Assembly (NCBI GenBank): GCA_943704425.1
Contig: CALSCP010002169.1
Span: 1 to 33,418, forward strand
Length of the DNA: 33,418 nt
Direction: 5' to 3'
Source: Ministeria vibrans ATCC 50519
Lineage: Eukaryota; Protista; Filasterea
Shown here: piece after piece, positions 1 to 11,400 of the stretch
Layout: every line of letters starts with the position of its first letter
Position numbering within the stretch: position 1 is the first letter of the stretch
Program-made: the position numbers and the translations under genes
The notes under the pieces: generated by a model
The model's database searches: none
What the model was told of the DNA's origin: nothing
What the model saw: only the letters and a program-made list of their open reading frames with translations

Positions 1-118
1 ACTGGGTGGTTCAGTTTGTTCGTCCCACTCAGAAAACGGGAGAGAGAGAGAGAGAGAGAAGTAAGAAACAAAGCGAGGAAAAAAAGCAAAGTGAGAGACT
101 TGACACTGATTAACCGAC

Positions 119-738
119 CTTGCTTCTTGGTTTGATAAGGCGCCCGTTTGACTTCGTACAAAACTGCAAAGATGGTCACGTAGTGTGCGTCATTAAGATT
201 GGCCAGTGGTGTAAACGAGAGCGGAATCCTCTTTTTGCGCGGTGAGATTGGCTCGGCACTGAACGAGCGCTGAGATGCAAAGAATTGTGAGGTGAGTAGG
301 GGGTGTCGTCGAGAGTGCGTTGTCCTCTTACCAGATAGTCGGGGCTGTTGTTGACATACTCTTCCTTCCCAGTCCGACCACACCACCGCTGAAAAAAAAG
401 CCGCGAGAAAGAAGCGAGAGAAAGGAGCGAAATGCGTCAAAAATCAATAGAGAGCTACCGATGAGGCGAGGCGTACTGTGAGATGCATCAGAGGGAACGC
501 GGTGCTTTCGAGGAAAAGAGCACATTGGTTCAGTTCAGGTTCTTGGCTGTCGGCTGCCTCGACCACTCTAACTCCAGGCCCACTCAGCGCGATATGGTCC
601 TGTGGATCGAATCAGACTCGCACCACAAAAACACACACCACAAAGACACACACCACAAAGATACACACACACACACCAAAAACACACACACACACACCAC
701 AAAGACACACACACACACACCACAAAGACACACACAAA

Positions 739-778
<40 letters not shown>

Positions 779-1240
779 ACAAAGACACACACGCACGCAC
801 ACACTCACACACAAACGCTTTTTGTCTCTGATTTTCGTACGCCCAACTGAAGATTGTTGCTACAGTGCACCGCCAGCGAACCTGTGACAAGCATGCCAAT
901 ACGGTCAGCCAGACTCGCATCGCCTTGAAGACTGGCGCCTGAAGGAAATGTGCCAGAATGAAGAAAATTAACGGTTGAGCGACTGTTCTGAGAGATTTTG
1001 AGCGCGGTATGGGAGCCAAAAGCGTACATCTCAGCTCGAAGCGAATGCTATGAATAGTGTCTTTCCATTCAAGGGCAAAGCGACGCAGGACGGTTCCCTA
1101 CAGCGCGAAAGGTGATTCGTGTTTCGGACGCGATCGGGCAAGACGGGTGCGGAGCGTACCTTGACCATGCAGCGGTCTAGCGTCTGCTCGGGGATCAGCT
1201 CGCGCATCAGCACGGTCGGTAGGCCAGTGGGCATAGCCAT
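119..1240 (-). CDS. POT1: POT1-like telomere ssDNA-binding OB-fold protein, 5' part; continues beyond the left edge
   Basis: Hand-spliced exons 1240-1160, 1097-1028, 938-841, 599-477, 388-332 and 269-119 all have GT-AG introns with consistent phase. Exon 6 encodes FTPLANLNDAHYVTIFAVLYEVKRAPYQTKK, resembling the start of POT1 OB1 (human [30 protein letters not shown], from memory). Only the start of OB1 is visible. Confidence 0.6.
622..812. repeat. Compound (CA)n / CACCACAAAGA microsatellite inside POT1-like intron 3 (840-600)
   Basis: Directly visible; it explains the spurious HTHT/CVCV ORFs in the track. Confidence 0.95.
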
Positions 1241-1547
1241 CACAAAGGAATTTAAGCCTTGAGATGTGAAGGATATTGAAAGAATTATGAATAGGAAAAA
1301 AAGAAGTGAAAAGTGAAAAGTTTAACTCAAATTTATCACAATTTATCACAATTTAATTGTGTGAATTGTGAAAATGAACTTTGAGAGACTGAAACTGTCT
1401 GAATATGACACATTGACACGTCTAAATTCTAAAAACTAAATGTAGCGTCTTTGAGACTTGGCAGGTCGAGACACTTGTGCAACAGTGGCCGTTAATTTAT
1501 CAGTTATCCCAACACACGACTCTTCTTTTGTAACAAATACAGCACAA

Positions 1548-2517
1548 TCACAGCTTCTTTTCAAGAATATAGGCATCTGCGGGATCAATTCGACGATAGT
1601 AGTCTTTCTGGAGAGAGACAAGAGAAGAAGAAGAAGACACACACAAAGTGATAGAGAGGGACAAACAAAGTGATAGAGAGAGAGAGGGACAAACACATTG
1701 ATAAAGAGAGAAAAGACAAACAAAGCGAAAGAGAGAGGAGGAGGGGAGAAAAAACGAGGTGGGAGAGAATGGGTAAGAGGCGATGATAGTGCGTCGAAAA
1801 ATTCCCTTACGACTGTCTCTGTGACTTCGAAACCGAAACTCTTGTAGAACTGTAGAGCATCCTCGTTGTTGACTTGTACGTGGAGATACACCGAAGTGAC
1901 TGTTGGCTCAGCAGCACACTGCTTCAAAACATGCTTTAACATGAATGCACCTTCACAAAGAGAGCGTGTGAGTGAGACACATTGGACAAACGAGCGCTCC
2001 TCACCAATTCCCAATCTCCGATATGCAGCAAGGCATCCCAGAGTCATAATGTAGCATCGTTGCAGCTGTGGCGGAGTTGATTTGGAAGCGAGCGGCGCGC
2101 TGTCGGCGTCTGCTGGCGCAGGAGCCGTCTCGAGGCGACAACACACTGCGCCAACCACAATATCGTTGTAGTACGCTGCGGGAGAAGAAGGAATCGGGGG
2201 CACGCATCAGAGGCACATGGGCATAGCGAGGGCCACAGTGGCAGTGGCGCGGCGGGAGAGTGGTGCGGAAGGGGCGCCAAAAGAGAAAAAAAACGTGAAG
2301 CGAATGGGACACTAAATTCTCATGTGGTAGCGCACGCAACCGTTCGATCCTTACCCAAGCGAGCCCATTCACCGGCATTCTGGACGTCGCGGTAGAATTT
2401 TTCGTGGTAGGGAACGGGAAAGATGGACGCATTGATGACTCGAAGTTGCTGGACATTGTGGACGTGGATAGGGCCCATTTCGACACGCACTGACTTGCTG
2501 CCGACCTTTGCCATCAT
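1548..2517 (-). CDS. NAA50: N-alpha-acetyltransferase 50 (NatE catalytic subunit, GNAT fold)
   Basis: Exons 2517-2355, 2175-2005, 1950-1811 and 1607-1548 give ...IFPVPYHEKFY...AYYNDIVVGAVCCR...YIMTLGCLAAYRRLGIG...YLHVQVNNEDALQFYKSFGFE...YYRRIDPADAYILEKKL*, closely matching NAA50/San motifs. Intron 2 uses an AAG acceptor. Confidence 0.96.
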
Positions 2518-2826
2518 GTAACGCTAAGAGAGAAAGGAAAGAAAGAAAAAAAAAAATGTGTCTATATTAGTGAATAGTCTACAATTAGACGATCAGCTTA
2601 TTTACGATTCGTTTGGGAGAGTGTTGGGAGAAATACAATCTTTTCCAAAAAGCAACAATTCCTTCCTCTCAACAGATTATCCTTTGTGCCTAAATTGTGC
2701 GCACTTTATCAGCAATACAAAAGACTCGAAAAATCTTATTATTGTAATAATATTATAATAAAAAATATTTTAATAATAATAAATATAATAATAAAAAATA
2801 ATTAATAATATTATTTTACATAATCC

Positions 2827-5800
2827 CTACAGATGCATCGAATCGTAACGAAAATCACTCTGATCGAAAGCAATTGCCTCAGGCTCCACCTCGTCAATCC
2901 AGCAGTTGGCATCGGCATAATCAAAACCACCGATGCTGTCGAAGGAGCGTGTGATATTAGACTCACTAACCACAGTGCGTCGTGACACCATGGACGAGTG
3001 TGAGCCGGGCGAGCCGGGCGTGACGAGACGATAGAAGGAGTCTGGGCTGGCCGACGTACTCCCAACGGTGTGTTTTCTCAAAAGACTGCGACTAGGGCGT
3101 CGCGGATGGCTCATCGGCGAGCTCATCGGCGAGTCCAATCGCTCGTCGATGATCACCTGGTCCATCTGCTCACACATGTCAAGCATGGTGATGCCACTCT
3201 CGGGCAAGAAGTACTCGTCGTCCAAAGAATTCTTGGCAGAACGTTTCTGTATGACGCAAAGGGGTGCACACACACATAAAAAAAAAAGAAAAAAAAAGAT
3301 AAGTAAACAATGCATAAATTAGGTAGAAACGTACGGGTTTGTTTTTGGTGCGAATAGCCTTCTCGCGAATAATATCGTTCTTGGCGTCTTTTGACTTGGA
3401 CTTTGAGGATTTGGTTGCAGGAGTGGCAGAGGAGCGGGTGAGGCGGGAGGAGAGAGCAGAGCGCACGCGCTCGGTAGTACAGTAGCCAATGACAAGGACA
3501 ACCGCCTGGGCAATACTTGCGGCGCAGAACATGTAGTCGGCGGCGGGTGAATTCCAAACGGAGGTGAGAAGGCCAAAAATCCACGAGAGACCCAGTGCGC
3601 ACGAGAGGGAGATGAACAGTTTCGCCGAAGTGTGCGACTGTTGGTTTCCTGAGATGCTCTTCTGGATGTGCGAGCGACGGTGACTCAACAGACGGTAGAC
3701 CATGAGGCAGACAATGGTCAGGTTCCAGGCCATGATAAGGGCAAGGGGGGCGATGACCGCCGCATACACACCCGTACTGCTTGACAGGTAGCAAAAGCCA
3801 CTGGCGCTCTTGGTGTACGCCGTGAGGCCATTGACGTCACTGACGATGGACACCACGGCCGTGTAGATGGCCACCACCAGAATGGGTGTAAGCGCAGCAA
3901 AGAGGGTGAGACGACGCGCCAGTTTGCGCAGGTGTGCGTCCATCTTGACAAGCATTGAAAAGACCAGATAGCCATAGCATGCAAGTAGAAGAAACAGAAC
4001 CAGGGTGAAGTAGTGCAACAGAAGACCCGTCACAAAGCATGCCGCATCCCCAAATGATGTCGCAGCCGCAAGGTCCACAACAAAGACCACCTGCTGCAGC
4101 ACCTGGACGCTACAGATGAACATGAGAACGCGGGTGGGAGCAGTGCGGAATGTCTTGGGCAACGTGATGAAGACAATGATGACGGCCAGGGAGCCAACGA
4201 GTGTAGCGAACACGGCAATATACGATGTGACCATTGCGGCAGTAGAACGAGACACGGTTGTCGATGGATCCAGGAGCACGGCAAAGTTGGTCGTGTGCGA
4301 ACAGGCGCACGTCACAGCCACCGCCGAGCGACTCTGCACTGTACATCCTTCGCCACTCCACGACACACTCGCAAAGTCCCAGTACACACACCGCACGCGC
4401 GACACCTCGGCGGCCGTCAGACTGCCACTCAATTCAACCGTGATCTCAAGAGGATCCGCTGCACCCGCAAACGACACACTCTCGTCGGCAAACCCCACCG
4501 ACGTAACCGACGACACAAGCATACCCGTCGTCGCTGTGCCCGCAGCGTCGCTCGACAGCAGCGACGCCTTTGCAATTTTTGCAATGTGCACCTGCGTGCA
4601 CGCCGACAGCGTGCCCAGGTAGGTCGCAAGCGACGACGGAACGCGAATGGACGACCCACTCGCCGAGAGAGTTGCATCGCTCAGCGACGCAGACGGTCCC
4701 CGCCGAGTCGTCGCATTGAACTTGCCACCCTGCGACGACTGAGTTGCGCTCGTCACTGTCGCACACGACTGAGTCGCGTCCAGGATGCTACGCGCAACGC
4801 GTTCGACAACCCGTCCGGGCGCAGTCACATTCTTCGCGGTGGCAACAGTGTGTGCCGCGCCAGCCGCTGGCGCATCCATTGCCTCTTCCACCGTGTTGAA
4901 CATGTTGTTCTGTACAGTCGACGAGGTGCCCGCGAATGCGGTTGCGGCTGTTGCATCGATACTTTCCAGAACGGAGTTGACAATGGACGAGTTGGATGCG
5001 GCAGCCGGCACTGCCATCACTGTGGCCAACGACTCGCTGGCACTCTCAACAGCAGGCTGGGATGCGGACGCAATTTGTGCATTGCTCGTGGAAAGAATGC
5101 TCTCAATGGTCACGCAAGTGTAGCCATCCACACCATTAACACACGCGAGTGCCTCGCCACAAGGACTGGACGCACACTCGTCAATGTCCGACTCACACAG
5201 TGTCGATGTGTAACCAGACACGCACGCGCACAAAAAGCCGTTGACTCCGTCAATGCAACTGGCGCCATTCTGGCACGGAGCAGATGCACACTCGTCAATG
5301 TCGTTGTCGCACAGCGTGCCGTCAAAACCGCCCGCACAGGTGCAAGTGAATCCGTCAACTCCATCAACACAAGTGGCGCTGTTCTGACAAGGGACAGAAG
5401 CACACTCGTCAATGTTGTTCTGGCATTTGTCTCCGCTGTAGCCAGCGGCACACGAGCATGTGTAGCCGTTGACATCATCGATGCAGGAGGCACCATTCTC
5501 GCATGGGCTTGACGCACATTCGTCGATATCATTGTCACACATAGTGCCGTCGTAGCCAGAGACGCACGCACACGTGAAGCCGTTGACTGCGTCGGTGCAA
5601 GTTGCGCCGTTCTCGCATGGATTGGACGCACACTCGTTGATGTTGGTCTGGCACTCAACGCCATTGTAGCCAAGAGCACATGTGCAGGTGTAGCCGTCGA
5701 CTCCGTCGGTGCACGAGGCGCCATTCTGACAGGGAGCAGACGCGCACTCGTCGATGTTGTTGTTACACAGCGTGCCATCGTATCCGGCTGTACAGGCGCA

Positions 5801-7068
5801 AAGGAAGCCGTCGACAGCGTCCACACAGGTGGCGCTGTTCTGGCATGGGCTCGAAGCGCACTCATCTACGTCATTCTGGCAGAAATTGCCTGAATATCCG
5901 GGTGAACAGGCGCAAGTGAAATAGCGGAAGAATACGTCATCAAAGACCATGTTGGGTCCAAAATGACCGAGACCGCCGACAAAGTCTTCGTTGTTGGAGG
6001 GGTACTCGAACACGCCCGACTCATTGGATTGGCGGTGCTCGATGTATCTCAGCGCCGGGTGGATGTAGGCATTGGTGACACCGAAAATGTGGTAATCTTC
6101 GGTGGAGATGGAATGTTGCGCGAGTGCGTACGAGCCAGGCGGGAGCACAAGGGGCTCGATGCTTCGGTAGCGGAAGGTGTTCAGTGCAAACGACTGGCTC
6201 GTGTCGGCGACGATGGTGACGTTGCGAAGGAGCGTTTGGTCGCTGTTGCGCCAAAGACCGACCGTGTGAGAGATGTTGAATCCGTTGGCGCCCAAATCGA
6301 GCGCACCCAGCCATCGCACGGTGAGCGACTCGCTGGTGGTAAACGAGTAGCCAAAGGTCACATTGGTCGAGACAAGGCCGCTGTAGGTGCCGCCGGGGAT
6401 CTTGAAGGCGGGACTGTACGCTGAGGAAAAAAAAAGGGAACACGAGTGAGAAAATGTTGTCTTCTGACGTGGCTTTCGCATTCGGTTTCCGAATTTGTCT
6501 TAAAAGACTCCTTTGAAGGCAAAGCGACACCAGGCGCACGGAATGGGGCATAATAAGGGATGGGTTCACATATGCGGGGTTGCACGATGCGTTTCATGCG
6601 GCCGTTTGTCAGTTTAGTTTGGCTAACGAAAGGGTGCGATTGACGTCATAGAATGAAGGTGTTCCCGAAAAAACGAGCACGAGACGCAGCCAGCGAGAAG
6701 GAGACTAGGATAGGGGTTGCATCGTAGGGGAAGGTGCAGGGGTGGCGAGGGCAGCGGTGGGGTGTGTGGCCTGTGGGTGGAGAAACAAAGTCAACAGATT
6801 CTTCAGGTCAGTACGTACAGGAGCAAGTCGAGTTGTTCGTGCACGGCGACGTCAGACACGACGGATCAAGCTGTGTCTCGCATGAATCGCCTGAGTAGCC
6901 CGCTGCGCACTGGCAGAAGGCGTATTCGCCTGGTGCCGAGTGCAACGCATTCGTCGTGACGGAAATGCACGTCGCACCGTTGAGGCACGTGATATCGTTG
7001 CACGTTGTCCCTGCAACTTGTTGTGTACCAACTGCCAACAGTACACCGAGTGCCAAAAGGGCGAGCAT
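2827..7068 (-). CDS. Adhesion GPCR (about 1,251 aa): signal peptide, 8 complete plus 1 truncated EGF repeats (EGF2 split by a DUF4082-like insert), GAIN/GPS, 7TM, Ser-rich tail
   Basis: Exons 7068-6819, 6420-3335 and 3246-2827 (phase 1, then phase 0). Signal peptide MLALLALGVLLAVG. GPS motif CVYWDFASVSWSGEGC...CACSHTTNFAVLL. Seven hydrophobic segments with family-B-like motifs (C..TGLLLHYFTL, FCYLS, LGLSWIFG). The track's start at 7086 is TTG; the first ATG is at 7068. Confidence 0.92.
4271..4395 (-). other. GPS autoproteolysis motif and Stachel-like peptide (CSHT/TNFAVLL)
   Basis: C-x2-W...W...GC...C-x-C-x-H-x-T-x-F-A-V-L pattern immediately before TM1. Confidence 0.88.
5915..6420 (-). other. 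DUF4082-like insert (type A) between Cys3 and Cys4 of EGF2 of the adhesion GPCR
   Basis: SCLTSPCTNNSTC-[170 aa: FGYSF...WLGALDLGANGFNISHTVGLW...FRYRSIEPLVLPPGSY...EYP...GHFGPN]-CACSPGYSGNFC. Family assignment is from motif recall. Confidence 0.75.
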
Positions 7069-7333
7069 TGTGAAATATTTTGCCAATTTTGGGGTTTAAC
7101 TATTTTTTTTTCGAATTCTTCCAAAACGATCTTGGAGTTTCTTGACTATTTAATTTTCACAATTTTTCTTTTATGACCACACATGACAAACAAGTATCAG
7201 GTCTAGATTCGCAAGTAAGTAGACATCATGAGCCATGAGCGTGTGCGCGCCACTTTATTCGACTTTGTCGAGTCTTGGCCATTCGTTCCGCCTTTTGATG
7301 ACGCTGTGCAATCTCAGTGACATCCTGGATGAC

Positions 7334-7341
7334 NNNNNNNN
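7334..7341. other. Assembly gap (8 N)
   Basis: N run. The ABCG gene to its right lacks its 5' part, so the real gap is probably much longer than 8 nt. Confidence 0.97.
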
Positions 7342-7379
7342 TCTCTCTCTCTTTGTCGTTGTCCTTGTTTCTGTTTTAG

Positions 7380-8329
7380 GGTCTGCGCAGTCGACAGGCT
7401 CTATTGTTTCTCACAATCATCTTTATGACGGTCGGCTCATCCCAGATGATTGGTCCCCGTAAGAGACTTAGCACACATATATACACGCTCATTCTCACTC
7501 TCAATCAAACTGATACATACTCACTCACATCCAATCGAAAGCTCATACTCACTCATTCATTCCACTTCCATTATATCACCAGTGGTTGAGGATCGTATGT
7601 TCTTCAACCGTGAGCGCGCCAGTGCCTCCTACCAAGTGTCTGCCTACTACTTCTCGATGATCCTCTTCGAAATGCCCTACATGCTACTCAAGGGTCTCCT
7701 CTGGTCCATTGTGCTCTACTGGGGCGTTGGCTTCAACGAGGATCCGCCAGCCTTCTTCATCTTTGCCTTTGTCACAATGGTCTTGGCCGATCTCGGTGGC
7801 GCACTCGCTCAAGTCAGTCACGCACACATGCACACACACATACATAATAATAAATATTAAACAATTCTCTTCTCCTATGTATATTTAGTTTTTCGCGGCC
7901 GCCTTTGCAAAGACCGACACCGCGACTGCTGCCATGACGACCATTCCGCTCGTCTTTCTCATATTCTCCGGCTTCTTCATTCCCTTTCCCTCCATTCCCA
8001 AGCCTTGGCTCTTTGCCTACTACACTAGCTACGCCAACTACGCCATGGCCGCCTATCTCATCAACGAGGTCACCAACAACCCCAACACCTACTTTACCCA
8101 GTCCACGCTGTGCATCGGCAACTCCTACGCTTGTCCCTCCGACACCTCCTCTTGTCAGACCGTCGCCTCTGTCCTCACCCCCGACGCCTTTCTCCAGTCT
8201 CTTGGCATGCCTATCACCGGCTTCTTTGCCAATCGCTTCGCTAACATTCTCATGCTCTGTATTCTCTGGCTGCTTTTCCGCGCTTCCGCTTACTTTGCCC
8301 TTCGTTACATCCGTCACTCCACCCACTGA
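7380..8329 (+). CDS. ABCG/White-PDR family ABC transporter, C-terminal ABC2 membrane domain only (5' part lost in the gap)
   Basis: Exons 7380-7458, 7583-7812 and 7889-8329 give ...EDRMFFNRERASASYQVSAYY...EMPY...YWGVGF...FLIFSGFFIPFPSIPKPWLFAYYTSYANYAMAAYLINE..., which are typical ABCG transmembrane-domain motifs. No nucleotide-binding domain is present in the window. Confidence 0.9.
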
Positions 8330-8468
8330 TTTTTATTTTTCTGTTGTTTCATTCGTTGTTTTCAATGTACTTCAACTTATCAATTAAGTTCAATTTTCTC
8401 TCTATCCATCACCTTTGTTTCTCCCTCCTCTATCTCTCTCTTTCACACACACTTGGCTTTCTCAATCA

Positions 8469-11400
8469 TCACAAAAATTCATCATTCGTAAAGTCGAATT
8501 TGAAGGACGGCTCGTCGTCGTCAACCTCGTCATCACGTGGCGCGAGCGGATCCGGATCAGAGTCGACGGCACTGCTGCCCACCGGGAGCATCCCGTCACC
8601 CGCACTCTGTTGAAAGTTGTCGTCGGTCGGTGGTTTCTTCAGGATTGATTTGGACGGTTCGCGGTTGAGCGTCACCGGCACACTTGGCTTGTCGCGAGTC
8701 TCGTCAATGAGCTGCGCGCGCGTTCTCAGCTGCAGCGTGCCCCGTCGTATCACCGAGGGACTTTTGCCGCGCGGCGAGCCATGCATTGTCATCTTACTGA
8801 TCGTCGTGGTTGCTGCTGCGGGAGGTGGAGGCACCGTGCGCACGTTCACAGGTGACATGGCCTTGGGCTCGGGCATTGTGGTGGGCATGTCGTACAAGTC
8901 CATTGGCGGCGAGTTTTTCGACGCGGGCGCGACTGCTGTGGACATGGCAGCACCACCACTTTTGCCCTTACGCCCGTGTCCCCACGAGCCCGTGTTGTGG
9001 CTCACCGACTCGTACATACCTTCACCTTCCTCGCGCGAACCCACATTGGCACTGGTCGCGGGCACCTCTTGCTCCACCGACGCGTGCATCGTGTACGGGT
9101 CCTGCGTCTCATACAAATTTCGTGAAGGCTCCACTGCCGGCGGCGTCAACGTGTGGCTGTCACGCGCCCGTGTATCCTCTTCACGACGACGCTCCTGCTC
9201 CACACGTTCAGTTCTTTCACGCTCCGCTCGCTTGCGTTCCGCCAGCTCCCGCTCTGCGCGTTCCCGTTCAGCTCGCTCCCGTTCTCTTTCAGTTAGCTCA
9301 CGCTCAGCGCGTTCCTGCTCCGCTCGCTCCCGTTCTCTTTCAGTTCGCTCACGCTCAGCGCGTTCCTGCTCTGCTCGCTCACGCTCCACTTCGCGCTGCT
9401 TACTCTCCTGTTGATCCAACTCAAGTTGCTTCAGTCGTGTCTCCTCCCATGACGATCCCATTGACTGCTCAATCGAGGGCGGTCGTTGGCGCGACGACTC
9501 TGGCGCATACCCAAACAGCCCACCGCTGCCCGTCGCTGCTGCACCTCCGCTGCTGTAGCGGTCCTCGGGCCGTCCCACCATAGCCATCTCCGCTCCGCTG
9601 TGATGGTTTCCGCTTTGACCACTATACCCCATCTCCGCTCCCGACAGCGAAAACAACTCGGCAATCTTCTCTGAGACGCGCTCGCGCTCTCGCATCACCT
9701 CCATGTACTCACGCGAGCCGGGAGTCAGCTGGAACAAACGTCGGTCCAGCGCAGTCTTGTCGTCGCGCAGTTGTCGCACCCGTCGGCGGAACTCCATCTC
9801 TTCGCGCGACGCACCGCCACTCGCCGCCGACATGGGTCGGTCCGTCGACTCGCTCGTCGTCGCCTGACCAATCGTAAATGCCAGCTGCGTCGCCGGAGCA
9901 CCCGCATCGGCTGCACGCGTCAACGCCGACGTCGTCTGCGGGCGTCCCAGTCCCACGTGCATCTCTGTGCGCGGCAGTGCCTCCATCTGCATCTCGAGCG
10001 TGTCCAAATGACGGATCTTGCCGCGTCGGTCGCGTCGACGTCGTGACACCACAAAAAGCACCAGAATCAGTAATATACACACAATGCACACGGCAAGGAC
10101 AATCCACAGCACGGAGGGAGTCCCAGACGAGCCATTCTGCCCCCCGAGCGTCGGGTTGTTGGGATCCTCAATGATCGCATACATCCCAAAGGTGGTCGTC
10201 GACGTGGCGCGACGACGACCCACCGCATTGGGATCGAAGCACGCCGTCGCATTGCCTGCGCTGCCCACGTCCACCGTCACCCCCCCCAGAATCTGCCAGT
10301 TGTCCGACGTGTCGTCCGTTGCGCGTGCCAGCACCAGATTGAGCCCTGTCAGCGACGACGGCACACAAAAGGTGAGGCACACTTCGCCGTCAATAGGCTG
10401 CCCAAAAGGCACAAAGCCCACGACAGTGCCGGTGCCGGCGGTCGTTGCAAGCGCCGACAGACTCGGCTGGCCCGACAACGGCAGCTCAATCACTCCAATA
10501 GTTGATGTGCTCGCAATCGAACCCGACACCAGACGCACTCCGTTACACCCGTCGGTCGCATCAAGATACAGAGCACCCGCTGCGCCACCCGCCACCGTCA
10601 ACTCCTTCCCAACGGCACACACACCGTCGTCTCGCGTGCCGCCACCCTCACAGCCCCGATAGCGGATACGTCCCGCCAAACACAACGCACACGACGCACA
10701 CACCGACGCACCCGTCACTGGGCCGTACGTGCCCGCGTCACACTGCGTGCAGGTTGCGCCGCCCGACGGGCCCTTGTAGCCCACATTGCACAGGGCACAC
10801 GTTGCACCCGCATAGCCCGCCGCGCACACACAACTAAACGAATCGAGTTCGTTGGTGCAGCCGCCACCATTCGCGCACGGCGACGACACACACTCGTTCA
10901 CCTCGCTGGCACACTCGACACCCGTAAATCCCGACGCACACGTGCACGTGTAGCCGGCAACCCCGTCCACACATGTGGCGCCATTCGAACACGGACTCGA
11001 CGCACACTCGTCCGTGTTGGTCGCGCACGTCGCATCCTCATAGCCCGCGACACAGGCACACGTGTACGTCGCAACACCGTCCACACAAGTCGCACCATTT
11101 TGACATGCATGGCCGGGGCACTCGTCGCTGTTCGTCGCACAGTCGCCTCCTTCAAAGCCATCTGCACACGTACACGTAAAACCGTCTACCGTGTCCGTAC
11201 ACGTCGCGCCATTCGAACACGGACTCGACGCACACTCGTCCATCTCAGAGGCACACAGTGCGCCGGTAAAGCCCGATGCACACACACACGAAAAGCCATT
11301 CACAGCGTCCGTGCAAGTCGCGCCATTTGCACACGGACTCGACGCACATTCGTCCGTGTCCGTGCCACAGTCACTGCCTTCAAACCCCGACGCACACGCG

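Noticed and set aside
478-1019. His/Thr- and Cys/Val-rich ORFs
   Set aside because: They are translations of an intronic (CA)n microsatellite.
2558-2758. 66-aa ORF between NAA50 and the adhesion GPCR
   Set aside because: It has a GTG start, AT-rich intergenic composition and no motif.
7228-7320. Short ATG-initiated ORF (MSHERVRATLFDFVESWPF...) just before the gap
   Set aside because: It could be the first exon of a gene lost in the gap, but it is too short to support a call.
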